A stretch of 32,000 bases of DNA, from assembly GCA_030614005.1 (NCBI GenBank), contig JAUWKS010000009.1, forward strand, positions 30,001 through 62,000, given 5' to 3'. The position numbers and the translations under genes are program-made. Below, piece after piece: positions 8,199 through 16,135 of this stretch; position 1 is the first letter of the stretch; each line of letters begins with the position of its first letter. Source of the DNA: Candidatus Heimdallarchaeota archaeon (GTDB lineage: Archaea; Asgardarchaeota; Heimdallarchaeia; JABLTI01). The notes beneath the pieces are model-generated. The model was not told the DNA's origin. It ran no database searches and worked only from the letters and a program-made list of their open reading frames with translations.

Positions 8199-9139
8199 TG
8201 AGTGACACTACACAGAAAATCGAGCAGCAACCATCTGCAGAAGGGGAACAATCATTTGATGATCTTCCACGTCGAAAACGCTTACTCTCTCCCAAACAAG
8301 GACAAAAAACTGCTTACATAATGTTGGGGTCATCCGCAGTATTCATCTTTCTTATAATCGCAGTATTCTTAGGTTATATTATTGTAAATGGTTTAGCAAA
8401 TTTCAGCTTTAGATTAATTTTCTCACCTTTCAACCCCACAACTGATCTGTATGGAATTGGACCAGCTATTTTAGGTACATTCATTTTGGTACTAGGTTCA
8501 GTAGCAATTGCTTTACCATTAGGTATACTTGCTGCTATCTATCTTACAGAATATACTAAGGGTGGTGTAATAGTAAACATCATTGACCAAGGAATAAACA
8601 ATCTCGCTGGAGTGCCTTCAGTTGTTATAGGTGTCTTTGGTTATACATTCTTCTGCATTTTCTTGAGAATAGGGCAATCTATAATAGCTGGATGGTTAAC
8701 CTTGGCTTGTATGCTCTTACCAACAATAATTAGAACCTCGCAGGAAGCACTAAAAAGTGTACCACATGAGTATAGAGAAGGCAGTTTAGCTTTAGGAATA
8801 ACAAAGTGGCGAACAATAAGACATGTTGTTCTACCATCAGCGTTACCTGGCATTTTAACTGGTGCTATTTTATCTTTAGGAAGAGCCGCCGGAGAGACTG
8901 CAGCAATTCTATTCGTTGGTTCCGGGTCATTGTTCTTAAAATGGTTTGGCGGTTTCACTGGAACCTTTACTACGTTACCTTACATGATTTTGCATTTGCA
9001 TCGCTCGAGTGGTGGATGGGAGGAAGTTGGGTCTGTAATGTGGCTTATCGCCTTTGTATTAATGATGGTAGTGTTTGGCTTCAATGCTGTTGCAATGGTA
9101 GTTAGAAGTAAGTTTGAGAAGAAACGAACTGGAAATTAG
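8198..9139 (+). CDS. pstA: Phosphate ABC transporter permease PstA
   Basis: NLAGVPSVVIG, REGSLALGITKWRT, LGRAAGETAAIL. Overlaps the pstC stop (TAATG). Confidence 0.95.
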   Translation: MSDTTQKIEQQPSAEGEQSFDDLPRRKRLLSPKQGQKTAYIMLGSSAVFIFLIIAVFLGYIIVNGLANFSFRLIFSPFNPTTDLYGIGPAILGTFILVLGSVAIALPLGILAAIYLTEYTKGGVIVNIIDQGINNLAGVPSVVIGVFGYTFFCIFLRIGQSIIAGWLTLACMLLPTIIRTSQEALKSVPHEYREGSLALGITKWRTIRHVVLPSALPGILTGAILSLGRAAGETAAILFVGSGSLFLKWFGGFTGTFTTLPYMILHLHRSSGGWEEVGSVMWLIAFVLMMVVFGFNAVAMVVRSKFEKKRTGN

Positions 9140-9211
9140 TTTTGAGTCTAATTTCCACTAGTTATTTTTAGGTAGCATTTTTGTTTTCAGTTAAATTTTT
9201 TTGCAAAAAAA
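9130..9211. terminator. Terminator region between convergent pstA and the PiT operon
   Basis: 10-bp stem TGGAAATTAG / CTAATTTCCA (9130-9157) overlapping the pstA stop, then T-tracts. Palindromic T7-GC-A7 at 9196-9211 gives a T-run on each strand. Confidence 0.6.
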
Positions 9212-9239
9212 GAGTGTCGATGAAAAATATCTTCTTTGC

Positions 9240-9935
9240 TTATTTTTCGGTGGTATTTTCATCAGATTTAGCATCAACGTCTTCATTGTCAATGAGATAC
9301 GTATGATTATAGCTAAAGAGCTTAATTATATGAACGATTTTTTCTCCAACAGCAATCATTTCTCGTAATGATTTGTTCAGTGCATTCCCAATGAACACTT
9401 CTGGTTCTTCAAAAGAGATTTCGCAGACACCATCTTGGTCACAGAATTTAAACTCAAATAATCCATCTATTATTTCGTAACAAACAATATTTAACTCATC
9501 AACTTTCTCTAATGATAGATTATAGTCATGATATAATTCCTTTATTACTTCATACATTAATTTCCCTGCTTTGGAAACTTCTTTGAGTATGCTCACAAGT
9601 TTTTCATACGTTGGTTTCTTCATATCTGCAACGTGTGTATTCATAACTACTCGGATTTCTTTGCTGTGAGTAGAAACAGCATTTATTCTCTCAAAGAGTT
9701 GAAGCTTCTCAATTTCTATTTTAGTATCAACTTCTCCTTCTTTCATTAATTTTAGTAATTCCCCACGGATGCCCTTTTCTTCTATTTCAAGAATATCCAA
9801 TGTGAGGTTGTGAATCTTAGTATTACATTCCACATATAATGCTTCGAAATATTTGTATGGAATGAAGGATAATTGTACTAATTTATCTTCTACTCTTCTT
9901 TGTATAGTTCTAAATCCTAGTAATCTTCTGAACAT
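9240..9935 (-). CDS. Hypothetical helical protein, probably a divergent DUF47/PhoU-fold phosphate-transport regulator
   Basis: Third gene of the PiT operon; ATG 9935 is 2 nt after the PiT stop. Length (~231 aa) and helical pattern (ILEIEEKG...LFERINAVS; VDELN...IIDGL...LREMIAVGEKI) parallel DUF47, but the canonical E..AD motifs are eroded. Confidence 0.5.
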   Translation of the reverse strand: MFRRLLGFRTIQRRVEDKLVQLSFIPYKYFEALYVECNTKIHNLTLDILEIEEKGIRGELLKLMKEGEVDTKIEIEKLQLFERINAVSTHSKEIRVVMNTHVADMKKPTYEKLVSILKEVSKAGKLMYEVIKELYHDYNLSLEKVDELNIVCYEIIDGLFEFKFCDQDGVCEISFEEPEVFIGNALNKSLREMIAVGEKIVHIIKLFSYNHTYLIDNEDVDAKSDENTTEK

Positions 9936-9937
9936 TC

Positions 9938-10933
9938 TTAGAATAGCCCCCTGATAGCATAATAGCATCCTACAGCAATTAGGCCACTAATTATTGGTGT
10001 CAAAACAACAAAGATAACGATCAATCTCACCGTTTTTAAATTGAGCGGTTTTTTCATACTAACTCCCGCACCCATAAAACTGGAAACCAAGACCATCGTT
10101 CCTGATACTGGGATGCCAATTATTACTGCGAGGAATACAACAATAGCTGCAGAACCCTCTGTAACAAAAGCTGATTCTGGAGTCAATTCTACAACATCAT
10201 TTCCTAAGGTTTTCAGGACTCTCCAACCAATAATAATTAATCCCAAGCCTAATCCTATTCCGCCAATTAGCAAGGGTAATCTTTGATACCAATATCCACC
10301 ACCCTCAAAAAGTGGAACAATAGGTGCAATAGCGTTGTTGATATCATTTCCTGCTCGAGCTAATCCAGTCCAAACAACCATAACTAACAGCAAAACACCA
10401 AATACATTATTAGCGGATTCGTGTTGTCTGAAACTCTTAACGGACTTCGCTAATATTACTCTAACAAGCTTCATTATAAGAAAAGAAATTGTGAACCCAA
10501 TAATTGGAGATATTAACCAAGTCACTAAGACTTTCCCCATACCAGTCATCGTCCAATTTACTTTATAGCCTAAAGCAAAAGACAACCCTATAATTGCTCC
10601 GACCAATGCTTCAGTAGAAGAAATGGGTAAACCAAATACAGAGGCAAGGATTAAACTGATTGCCATTGCTACGTAGATTGATATTAAAATCGGATATTGA
10701 TTAACCGTATCTTCAAATATTGGTGAAATATCATTTCGCAGTGTTTTACCCACTCGATCCGATAGGAAGAATCCACCTATCAGTGCAATGACTGCCCCCA
10801 TTAATACTGCAGTCCTAACAGAGAGTCTCTTTACTCCTACAACTGTAGCAAACGTTTCATCATTCGCACCAATTGCAAATGCCAATAATAGAGAAATCAC
10901 TACAAGGATAATTAACATTGTTACGCTTACCAT
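9938..10933 (-). CDS. PiT family (PHO4) inorganic phosphate transporter
   Basis: N-terminal FAIGAND and GLPISSTEALVGAIIG; C-terminal repeat AGNDINNAIAP, VVELTP and GIPVSGT. About 10 hydrophobic segments. Confidence 0.9.
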   Translation of the reverse strand: MVSVTMLIILVVISLLLAFAIGANDETFATVVGVKRLSVRTAVLMGAVIALIGGFFLSDRVGKTLRNDISPIFEDTVNQYPILISIYVAMAISLILASVFGLPISSTEALVGAIIGLSFALGYKVNWTMTGMGKVLVTWLISPIIGFTISFLIMKLVRVILAKSVKSFRQHESANNVFGVLLLVMVVWTGLARAGNDINNAIAPIVPLFEGGGYWYQRLPLLIGGIGLGLGLIIIGWRVLKTLGNDVVELTPESAFVTEGSAAIVVFLAVIIGIPVSGTMVLVSSFMGAGVSMKKPLNLKTVRLIVIFVVLTPIISGLIAVGCYYAIRGLF

Positions 10934-10982
10934 TTGAACAACCCAAGATTTCTTATTAATCGTTAGCGATAGATGTCATAGT

Positions 10983-11657
10983 CTAAATCTCACTAATGAC
11001 AATGGAACGTAATACATCTGAGGCATCTTCAGCGGCATTTGCTGCTTTTTCGATATCTCTCATTGCATGGTCAAAAATTATTAAACCACCGAAATTATCA
11101 TTGTGTTCATTGTAATCGAAATAATGACTTTTCAATCTAGTATATAATCCATCGACTTGATGTTCTAAGAAACTTATCTCTGTTGTAATATCGACTGTAC
11201 GATGAATATCATCTCGATAAACAGCTAATGCCTCAGCTAATTTCTCTGTAGCCATATTTACAATTTCAACTGCCTTTTCAATATCATCGAAAATGTGTTC
11301 TGATAATTTCACTTTGTGAAGAATAAGTGCGTTTATACCTGCTCTCTTTGAATAGTTTGCTATTTCATCAGCTCGCTTAATAAAAGTCAATATGTTTGAT
11401 CGAAGCTTTGTTTTGAGCGTTCCTTTTGTAAGTTCTAACCACATTTCAGCTAATAATTTATCTGCTGCATTTTCTTCCGCGGACATATTTCCAACTTCAC
11501 GCTCTAAACTTGCAAAATCTCCTTTTCGCCAAGCTGATATTGCTCGTATTAATGACTGAGTAACTAATTGCACTCTTGATAAATGGCTAGTCATTTTACT
11601 TTGGATTTCATCTTCTGCACGTTTTCTAAGAAAACCACTTATTCTTGTTCTTCCCAT
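10983..11657 (-). CDS. DUF47 (TIGR00153) family phosphate transport regulator
   Basis: EENAADKL...IKRADEIANY and LEHQVDGLY...IEKAANAAEDASD repeats. Directly upstream of the PiT gene, the usual DUF47-PiT arrangement. Confidence 0.85.
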   Translation of the reverse strand: MGRTRISGFLRKRAEDEIQSKMTSHLSRVQLVTQSLIRAISAWRKGDFASLEREVGNMSAEENAADKLLAEMWLELTKGTLKTKLRSNILTFIKRADEIANYSKRAGINALILHKVKLSEHIFDDIEKAVEIVNMATEKLAEALAVYRDDIHRTVDITTEISFLEHQVDGLYTRLKSHYFDYNEHNDNFGGLIIFDHAMRDIEKAANAAEDASDVLRSIVISEI

Positions 11658-11840
11658 AGTATTTTTCCACCATACATTCGATTGTTGTTTATTTTGACCT
11701 TAGCAACAACAATTTCAATTAAATAAAAAACTTCCCATCAAGTTTCGGAATGAAAATTAATTATTTAGAAACTGCATACATCTTTTTGATAATAGAGGGT
11801 GTTGAGCAACTGAATCGAAAAAATAACCAAAATGAGGTTT

Positions 11841-11867
11841 TAAAAAGGAAAAGAGGAAAACCCTCTT
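11841..11867 (-). terminator. Intrinsic-terminator-like hairpin on the minus strand
   Basis: Minus strand reads AAGAGG-GTTTT-CCTCTT followed by TTCCTTTTT. Confidence 0.6.
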
Positions 11868-11873
11868 AAAATT

Positions 11874-12023
11874 CTAGATTCCATTCGGGCTGGTGCCTAT
11901 TGGTGAAGTAGAAATGCTAAATTCAATACAATAGCGACAGCTACCAACATCCAAATAGTAACACCACCACCAACCAGTATTCTTAGCTTTTACGGTAAAA
12001 ATAAAATCTATTTTTGTCTTCAA
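11874..12023 (-). CDS. Putative 49-aa Trp/Cys-rich small protein (or non-coding transcript)
   Basis: TTG 12023 to TAG 11876-11874: MKTKIDFIFTVKAKNTGWWWCYYLDVGSCRYCIEFSISTSPIGTSPNGI. TATA-like TTAATATAAA lies ~25-35 nt upstream and the terminator hairpin starts 6 nt after the stop. Confidence 0.3.
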   Translation of the reverse strand: MKTKIDFIFTVKAKNTGWWWCYYLDVGSCRYCIEFSISTSPIGTSPNGI

Positions 12024-12099
12024 GAAGACTGTTTCCTTCAGAAGTTTTTTATATTAACTCTCTTCTCAGTCAATTCATCAGTGGGTAAGTTGTGAGATT

Positions 12100-13107
12100 A
12101 TGACTTCAAAAGCAGTAATAGCTACAACAAGTTCTCATTCCTCTCTTTATAATATCGTTCCAGGAGCATTGGAAGAGGGGTTAGATGTTTATGTTGTCTG
12201 TTTTGACCGAGACTGGGAGCTTTGGTCCCAATATCCTGATCTCTTAAAAAAGATCAATATCTTGAGAGTAAATGATTACTCTGATGCTCAAAGTATCGTT
12301 AGAAAACTCAATGGAATAAGCGGGGAAATCGTTATTGTCCCTCATGGTTCCTTTGTTCGTTATTTATCTGTTGAGCAACTGAAACGCTTAAAACATCCAA
12401 TACTTGGTGGAGTGAAAATTCTTGCTTATGAAGGTGATCGAGATAAGAATTCTGGATTACTTACCGCTTCTGGTATTACTACTCCAAAAATTTTCGATAA
12501 AGCCTCAAAGATTGATCGACCAGTTATGGTTAAACTACATGGAGCAGAGGGTGGAAAAGGGTACTTTATTGCTTCTAATAAGGAAGACTTCAATAAGAAA
12601 AAGAAAGGAAAAAAAGTTAATTTCATACAAGAATATGTTAGTGGCGTATCGATTTATGCCCATTACTTCAGTTCACCTATTGAAGGAAGATGTGAACTAT
12701 TGGGATTTGATCGTCGTTTAGAATCAAATGTTAATTCACAATATCTTGCTCCTAATGAGGAACCATCATTTACAGTTGTTGGTAACGTTCCTATTGCTGT
12801 GCGAGAATCACTAGTTCCTGAATATCATCGAATGGGGACTGATTTTGTAGAACAAACAGGATTGGTGGGACCATTTTGTATTGAAACAATTTGTACTACC
12901 GAACCGAAAATTTATGCTTTTGAATTCTCAGGTAGAATAGTCGCTGGAACCACTGTTTGGGTCCCAAACGGAAATACTTATGCTAATTTGCTTTGGAATG
13001 AACCTATGTATATGGGTAAACGCATTGCCCGAGAAATCAAGAAAGCTTATGAGTCCGATAGTTTGGAGTTACTTACTGTTGATTCACCTAATTTAGAGGA
13101 GATATAA
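12100..13107 (+). CDS. purP: Formate-dependent FAICAR synthetase PurP (ATP-grasp)
   Basis: SHS, VPHGSF, GGKGYF, QEYVSG, DRRLES, VVGNVP..VRESL, GPFCIE, FEFSGRIVAGT and EPMYMGKRIAREIK match the archaeal PurP family. Confidence 0.88.
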   Translation: MTSKAVIATTSSHSSLYNIVPGALEEGLDVYVVCFDRDWELWSQYPDLLKKINILRVNDYSDAQSIVRKLNGISGEIVIVPHGSFVRYLSVEQLKRLKHPILGGVKILAYEGDRDKNSGLLTASGITTPKIFDKASKIDRPVMVKLHGAEGGKGYFIASNKEDFNKKKKGKKVNFIQEYVSGVSIYAHYFSSPIEGRCELLGFDRRLESNVNSQYLAPNEEPSFTVVGNVPIAVRESLVPEYHRMGTDFVEQTGLVGPFCIETICTTEPKIYAFEFSGRIVAGTTVWVPNGNTYANLLWNEPMYMGKRIAREIKKAYESDSLELLTVDSPNLEEI

Positions 13108-13111
13108 ATCA

Positions 13112-14374
13112 TTGATCAAAAGAGAAGAGATGCAACAAACCGTAAGTGAGTACAAAGGCAAACCAACAATAGTTATTTTTGGAAGTCACTCTGCGCTCGA
13201 AACTGGTCTTTCATCTAAAAAAATGGGCTTATCCAATATTGTTATTGTTAAGAAAGGAAGAGAACGACAATACATCGAAGAACAAAATCATCTCTTTGAC
13301 AAAGCAATAGTTGTAGATGACTGGCATCAAATGCTCGATGAGTCCGTTCAAAAGAAATTATTAGAAATGAATGGTCTAATTATTCCTAATCGTTCTATGG
13401 TTGTATACTTAACTGCAAAACGGATTGAAGAGGAACTACGAATTCCTATGTATGGTAGTCGTACTATGCTCAAAAGTGAAGATAGAACAACTAATGAGAA
13501 AGAGTACATCGATCAATATGGTCTTATGAAAAAAGCATCTATCCGTTCTCCCAGAGAAATAAGCAAAGATAATTTAGATATCATTGGTCCAAACAAAGAA
13601 GTTCCTGTTGCTCTGGTAAAAGTGCAACAAGCAGGCAATCCTCTCGAGAGAGCTTTCTTCTATATCACTTCTGAAGAAGATTACCATGAGCAAGTTGTCA
13701 CAATGAAAGAAAAGGGTCTAATTAATGATGAGACATTGGACGAAGCACGAATTGAAGAATTTGTTATTGGTCCATATTTCAATTGTAATGGTTGGGCTTC
13801 TGGCTTAGGAAAAGCACTCGCCAAAAAACACCAATTATCTGATGGAATAAATTGGTTGGAGTTAGATCGCGATCCTTTTGAGAACCCTGTTGTTGCTTGG
13901 GATTTCGTTGGATTTGGTCAACGGATGCAGACTAATAGTAGTGGCTTTTTGAATTTGCCAGCAAAGATCCAATTACAAATAGGTGATAAGATCAAAATAA
14001 AGAATGAAGAAATTGGTCACACAATGGCAACAATGCGTGAATCAAAAATGAACGAAGTTGTAAGTTCAATCCCAAAATTCCTTGCTACCGCAGACAAATA
14101 TTATCCTCCTGGAATGATTGGTCTATTTGGACTACAAGGTGCAATGCCAATTAATCCCAAGAACAATAAACCAGAATTTGTTGTTTTTGATGTTAGTATG
14201 CGTGTTCCGGGTGATCCCGCTGTTGCAGCAAGTCCACAAATGAACAGTTTAACATTGAAATATCAGAAATACCTACCAAAAGGTGTTCATCAAATAACTT
14301 CTCCAATTGATTTATCAATGCTTGAAATTCTCCAAGCATTCAAAGTTGGAAAACAAAAACAAATAGTAACTTAG
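13112..14374 (+). CDS. PurP-like ATP-grasp ligase (second paralog, DUF1246/DUF1297 type)
   Basis: GSHSALE, IPNRS, LERAFF, IEEFVIG, RMQTN, EIGH...TMRES, PPGMIGLFGLQ and FDVSMRVPG. TTG start 4 nt after the purP stop. Confidence 0.82.
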   Translation: MIKREEMQQTVSEYKGKPTIVIFGSHSALETGLSSKKMGLSNIVIVKKGRERQYIEEQNHLFDKAIVVDDWHQMLDESVQKKLLEMNGLIIPNRSMVVYLTAKRIEEELRIPMYGSRTMLKSEDRTTNEKEYIDQYGLMKKASIRSPREISKDNLDIIGPNKEVPVALVKVQQAGNPLERAFFYITSEEDYHEQVVTMKEKGLINDETLDEARIEEFVIGPYFNCNGWASGLGKALAKKHQLSDGINWLELDRDPFENPVVAWDFVGFGQRMQTNSSGFLNLPAKIQLQIGDKIKIKNEEIGHTMATMRESKMNEVVSSIPKFLATADKYYPPGMIGLFGLQGAMPINPKNNKPEFVVFDVSMRVPGDPAVAASPQMNSLTLKYQKYLPKGVHQITSPIDLSMLEILQAFKVGKQKQIVT

Positions 14375-14446
14375 TTGTCAACTTTCAATATCTCGTGCGG
14401 GCTTGAGGGAAAAGTTATTATCATTTGTTAATTTTAACAATGATTT

Positions 14447-15202
14447 ATGAGCAAGTTAAATCAAGTTATTATTCCTACTACTTGTTTGTATTCACTCCAA
14501 GCAGTTGATTTTGTAATCAATGACAAGAAAATACTTTCGGATATTTCAATCGATTTGGAACCAGGTGTTATTACAGGAATAATTGGTCCCTCTGGAGCAG
14601 GAAAAAGTACCCTACTTTCATTATTGAATAAACTTCTTTCCCCAACAGGAGGAGAAATATTTTTTGATGGTAGAAATCTCTCTGAATACCCATCTCAAGA
14701 ACTACGAAAGTTGGTAGGGTTGGTTCAACAACGACCACATCTATTTGCTGGAACCGTTAGGTATAATCTTGAATATGGACCGAAAATTTGGAAAATAAAA
14801 TATTCGGATGAAGATTTATTGGAACTGATGTCTAAAGTAGCTTTACCTGCTGATTTTCTGGATAGAGAGATTGACGGTCTTTCTGGTGGTGAGCAGCAAC
14901 GAGTAAGTTTTGCAAGAAGCTTGGCAAATCAACCATGTGTTTTATTATTAGATGAACCAACAAGTGCTTTAGATATTGTATCCTCAGAGATTATAGAAAA
15001 TACAATTAAACAATTAGCAAAAGAAGGAATGAAAATTATTATTGTTACTCATTCTTTACAACAAACACAAGATTTGACTGAACAACTATTGTTCTTAAAA
15101 GATGGGTGTTTCATTGAGAAAACCTCTACTATTGATTTCTTCAAAAAATATGATGAAGAAGAAATTCGGACCTTTTTCAAATCCAAAACGGAGGAAGAAT
15201 AG
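14447..15202 (+). CDS. ABC transporter ATP-binding protein, FetA/YbbL (STAR1)-like
   Basis: GPSGAGKST, LSGGEQQR, LLLDEPTSALD and IVTH. Directly abuts a UPF0014 permease. Confidence 0.85.
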   Translation: MSKLNQVIIPTTCLYSLQAVDFVINDKKILSDISIDLEPGVITGIIGPSGAGKSTLLSLLNKLLSPTGGEIFFDGRNLSEYPSQELRKLVGLVQQRPHLFAGTVRYNLEYGPKIWKIKYSDEDLLELMSKVALPADFLDREIDGLSGGEQQRVSFARSLANQPCVLLLDEPTSALDIVSSEIIENTIKQLAKEGMKIIIVTHSLQQTQDLTEQLLFLKDGCFIEKTSTIDFFKKYDEEEIRTFFKSKTEEE

Positions 15203-16135
15203 ATGGCTTTTATAGATATTTTTAATGATATTTGGTCTACCTTAAGTAACGTCGATATTTTGATTCGTATCGCTCTTTCAAGCGTAATGTTATTGATTAT
15301 AGTCATTCTCTCATTATGGCAAAATGTAGGTATGGAAACAATGTTTCTTTGGAGTTTCTTTCGGGGATTCATTCAAATTGTTCTTATGGGTTCTATTCTA
15401 ACACTAATTTTTGACATTTCGAAAATATGGCTATTGTATATTGTTCTAATATCAATGTGTGTTTTTGCTGCATTTTCTATCTCGAGAAGATACCGTTATC
15501 CAAAGATGTTCTTAATTGAGCTTCTAGCAATTACTTCAAGCAGTATATTCATTCTAACATTAGTAATGTTCTCAGGTGTGCCAGCTGCTTTTGAAGGGAT
15601 AATTCCTTATCCACCACAAGGAGAGTTCATCATTCCTATGGGGAGTATGGTTATCTCTAATACTATGGTTATAACCAGCATAGTTTTGGAACGAACCAAG
15701 TCTGATATCCTTAAAGCAAAAGGTTCTGTTGAAGCAGCGCTCGCTTTAGGTGATAGTTCAACAAATGCGGTGAGAACAATTCTTCGAGATTCCTATAAAG
15801 CAGGTTTAATGCCATCTACAAGTAGAGTTGCTATTCTAGGAATTGTTTCAATACCCGGCTTAATGTCAGGTATGATTATAGGTGGAGTACCACCTGTTGA
15901 AGCGGCTGTATATCAAATAGTTATTTTCTTAATGATACTCTCGTCCTCGTTTCCAGCAAGTATCATTGCAAATGCATTGTTTACTCGTCAGTTCTTCACA
16001 AAGGAGCATCAGTTTGATTTGGTATTCTTAAATCAGCTAGCAAAAATAGAAGAAGAGAAAAATGCTCAAATAAAAAAGAATAAGAAAAAAATGGATAAAT
16101 TGAAAGAGAAATTGAGAAGGAAAAATAAAAAATAA
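15203..16135 (+). CDS. fetB: UPF0014 ABC permease FetB/YbbM (STAR2/ALS3 family)
   Basis: RGFIQIVLMGSIL, FIIPMGSMVISNTM, ALALG, GIVSIPGLMSGMIIGG.PP..AA.YQIVI. Lys-rich C-terminal tail. Confidence 0.85.
   Translation: MAFIDIFNDIWSTLSNVDILIRIALSSVMLLIIVILSLWQNVGMETMFLWSFFRGFIQIVLMGSILTLIFDISKIWLLYIVLISMCVFAAFSISRRYRYPKMFLIELLAITSSSIFILTLVMFSGVPAAFEGIIPYPPQGEFIIPMGSMVISNTMVITSIVLERTKSDILKAKGSVEAALALGDSSTNAVRTILRDSYKAGLMPSTSRVAILGIVSIPGLMSGMIIGGVPPVEAAVYQIVIFLMILSSSFPASIIANALFTRQFFTKEHQFDLVFLNQLAKIEEEKNAQIKKNKKKMDKLKEKLRRKNKK

Noticed and set aside
11898-11951. Hydrophobic peptide MLVAVAIVLNLAFLLHQ in another minus-strand frame of the PiT/purP spacer
   Set aside because: Only 17 codons from its ATG, preceded by an in-frame stop shortly upstream. 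It cannot be preferred over the 49-codon frame without data; noted as an alternative.
11964-11972. Triple Trp codons as a tryptophan attenuator
   Set aside because: No trp genes nearby, the downstream operon is phosphate transport, and the Trp codons are ~100 nt from the hairpin with no clear antiterminator.
11964-11976. GGTTGGTGGTGG as a G-quadruplex
   Set aside because: Only two-G runs, a single occurrence, and no supporting context.
12016-12029. Palindrome GTCTTC-AA-GAAGAC as a pur-regulon operator (similar CTTTTC-TT-GAAAAG at 22106-22119)
   Set aside because: The shared core TTC-NN-GAA is short and AT-rich, and I found no matching site upstream of purD, purE, purF or purS.
14447-15202. 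Third pstB
   Set aside because: It lacks the LNRMND and VFQKPNPFP signatures and is coupled to a UPF0014 permease.
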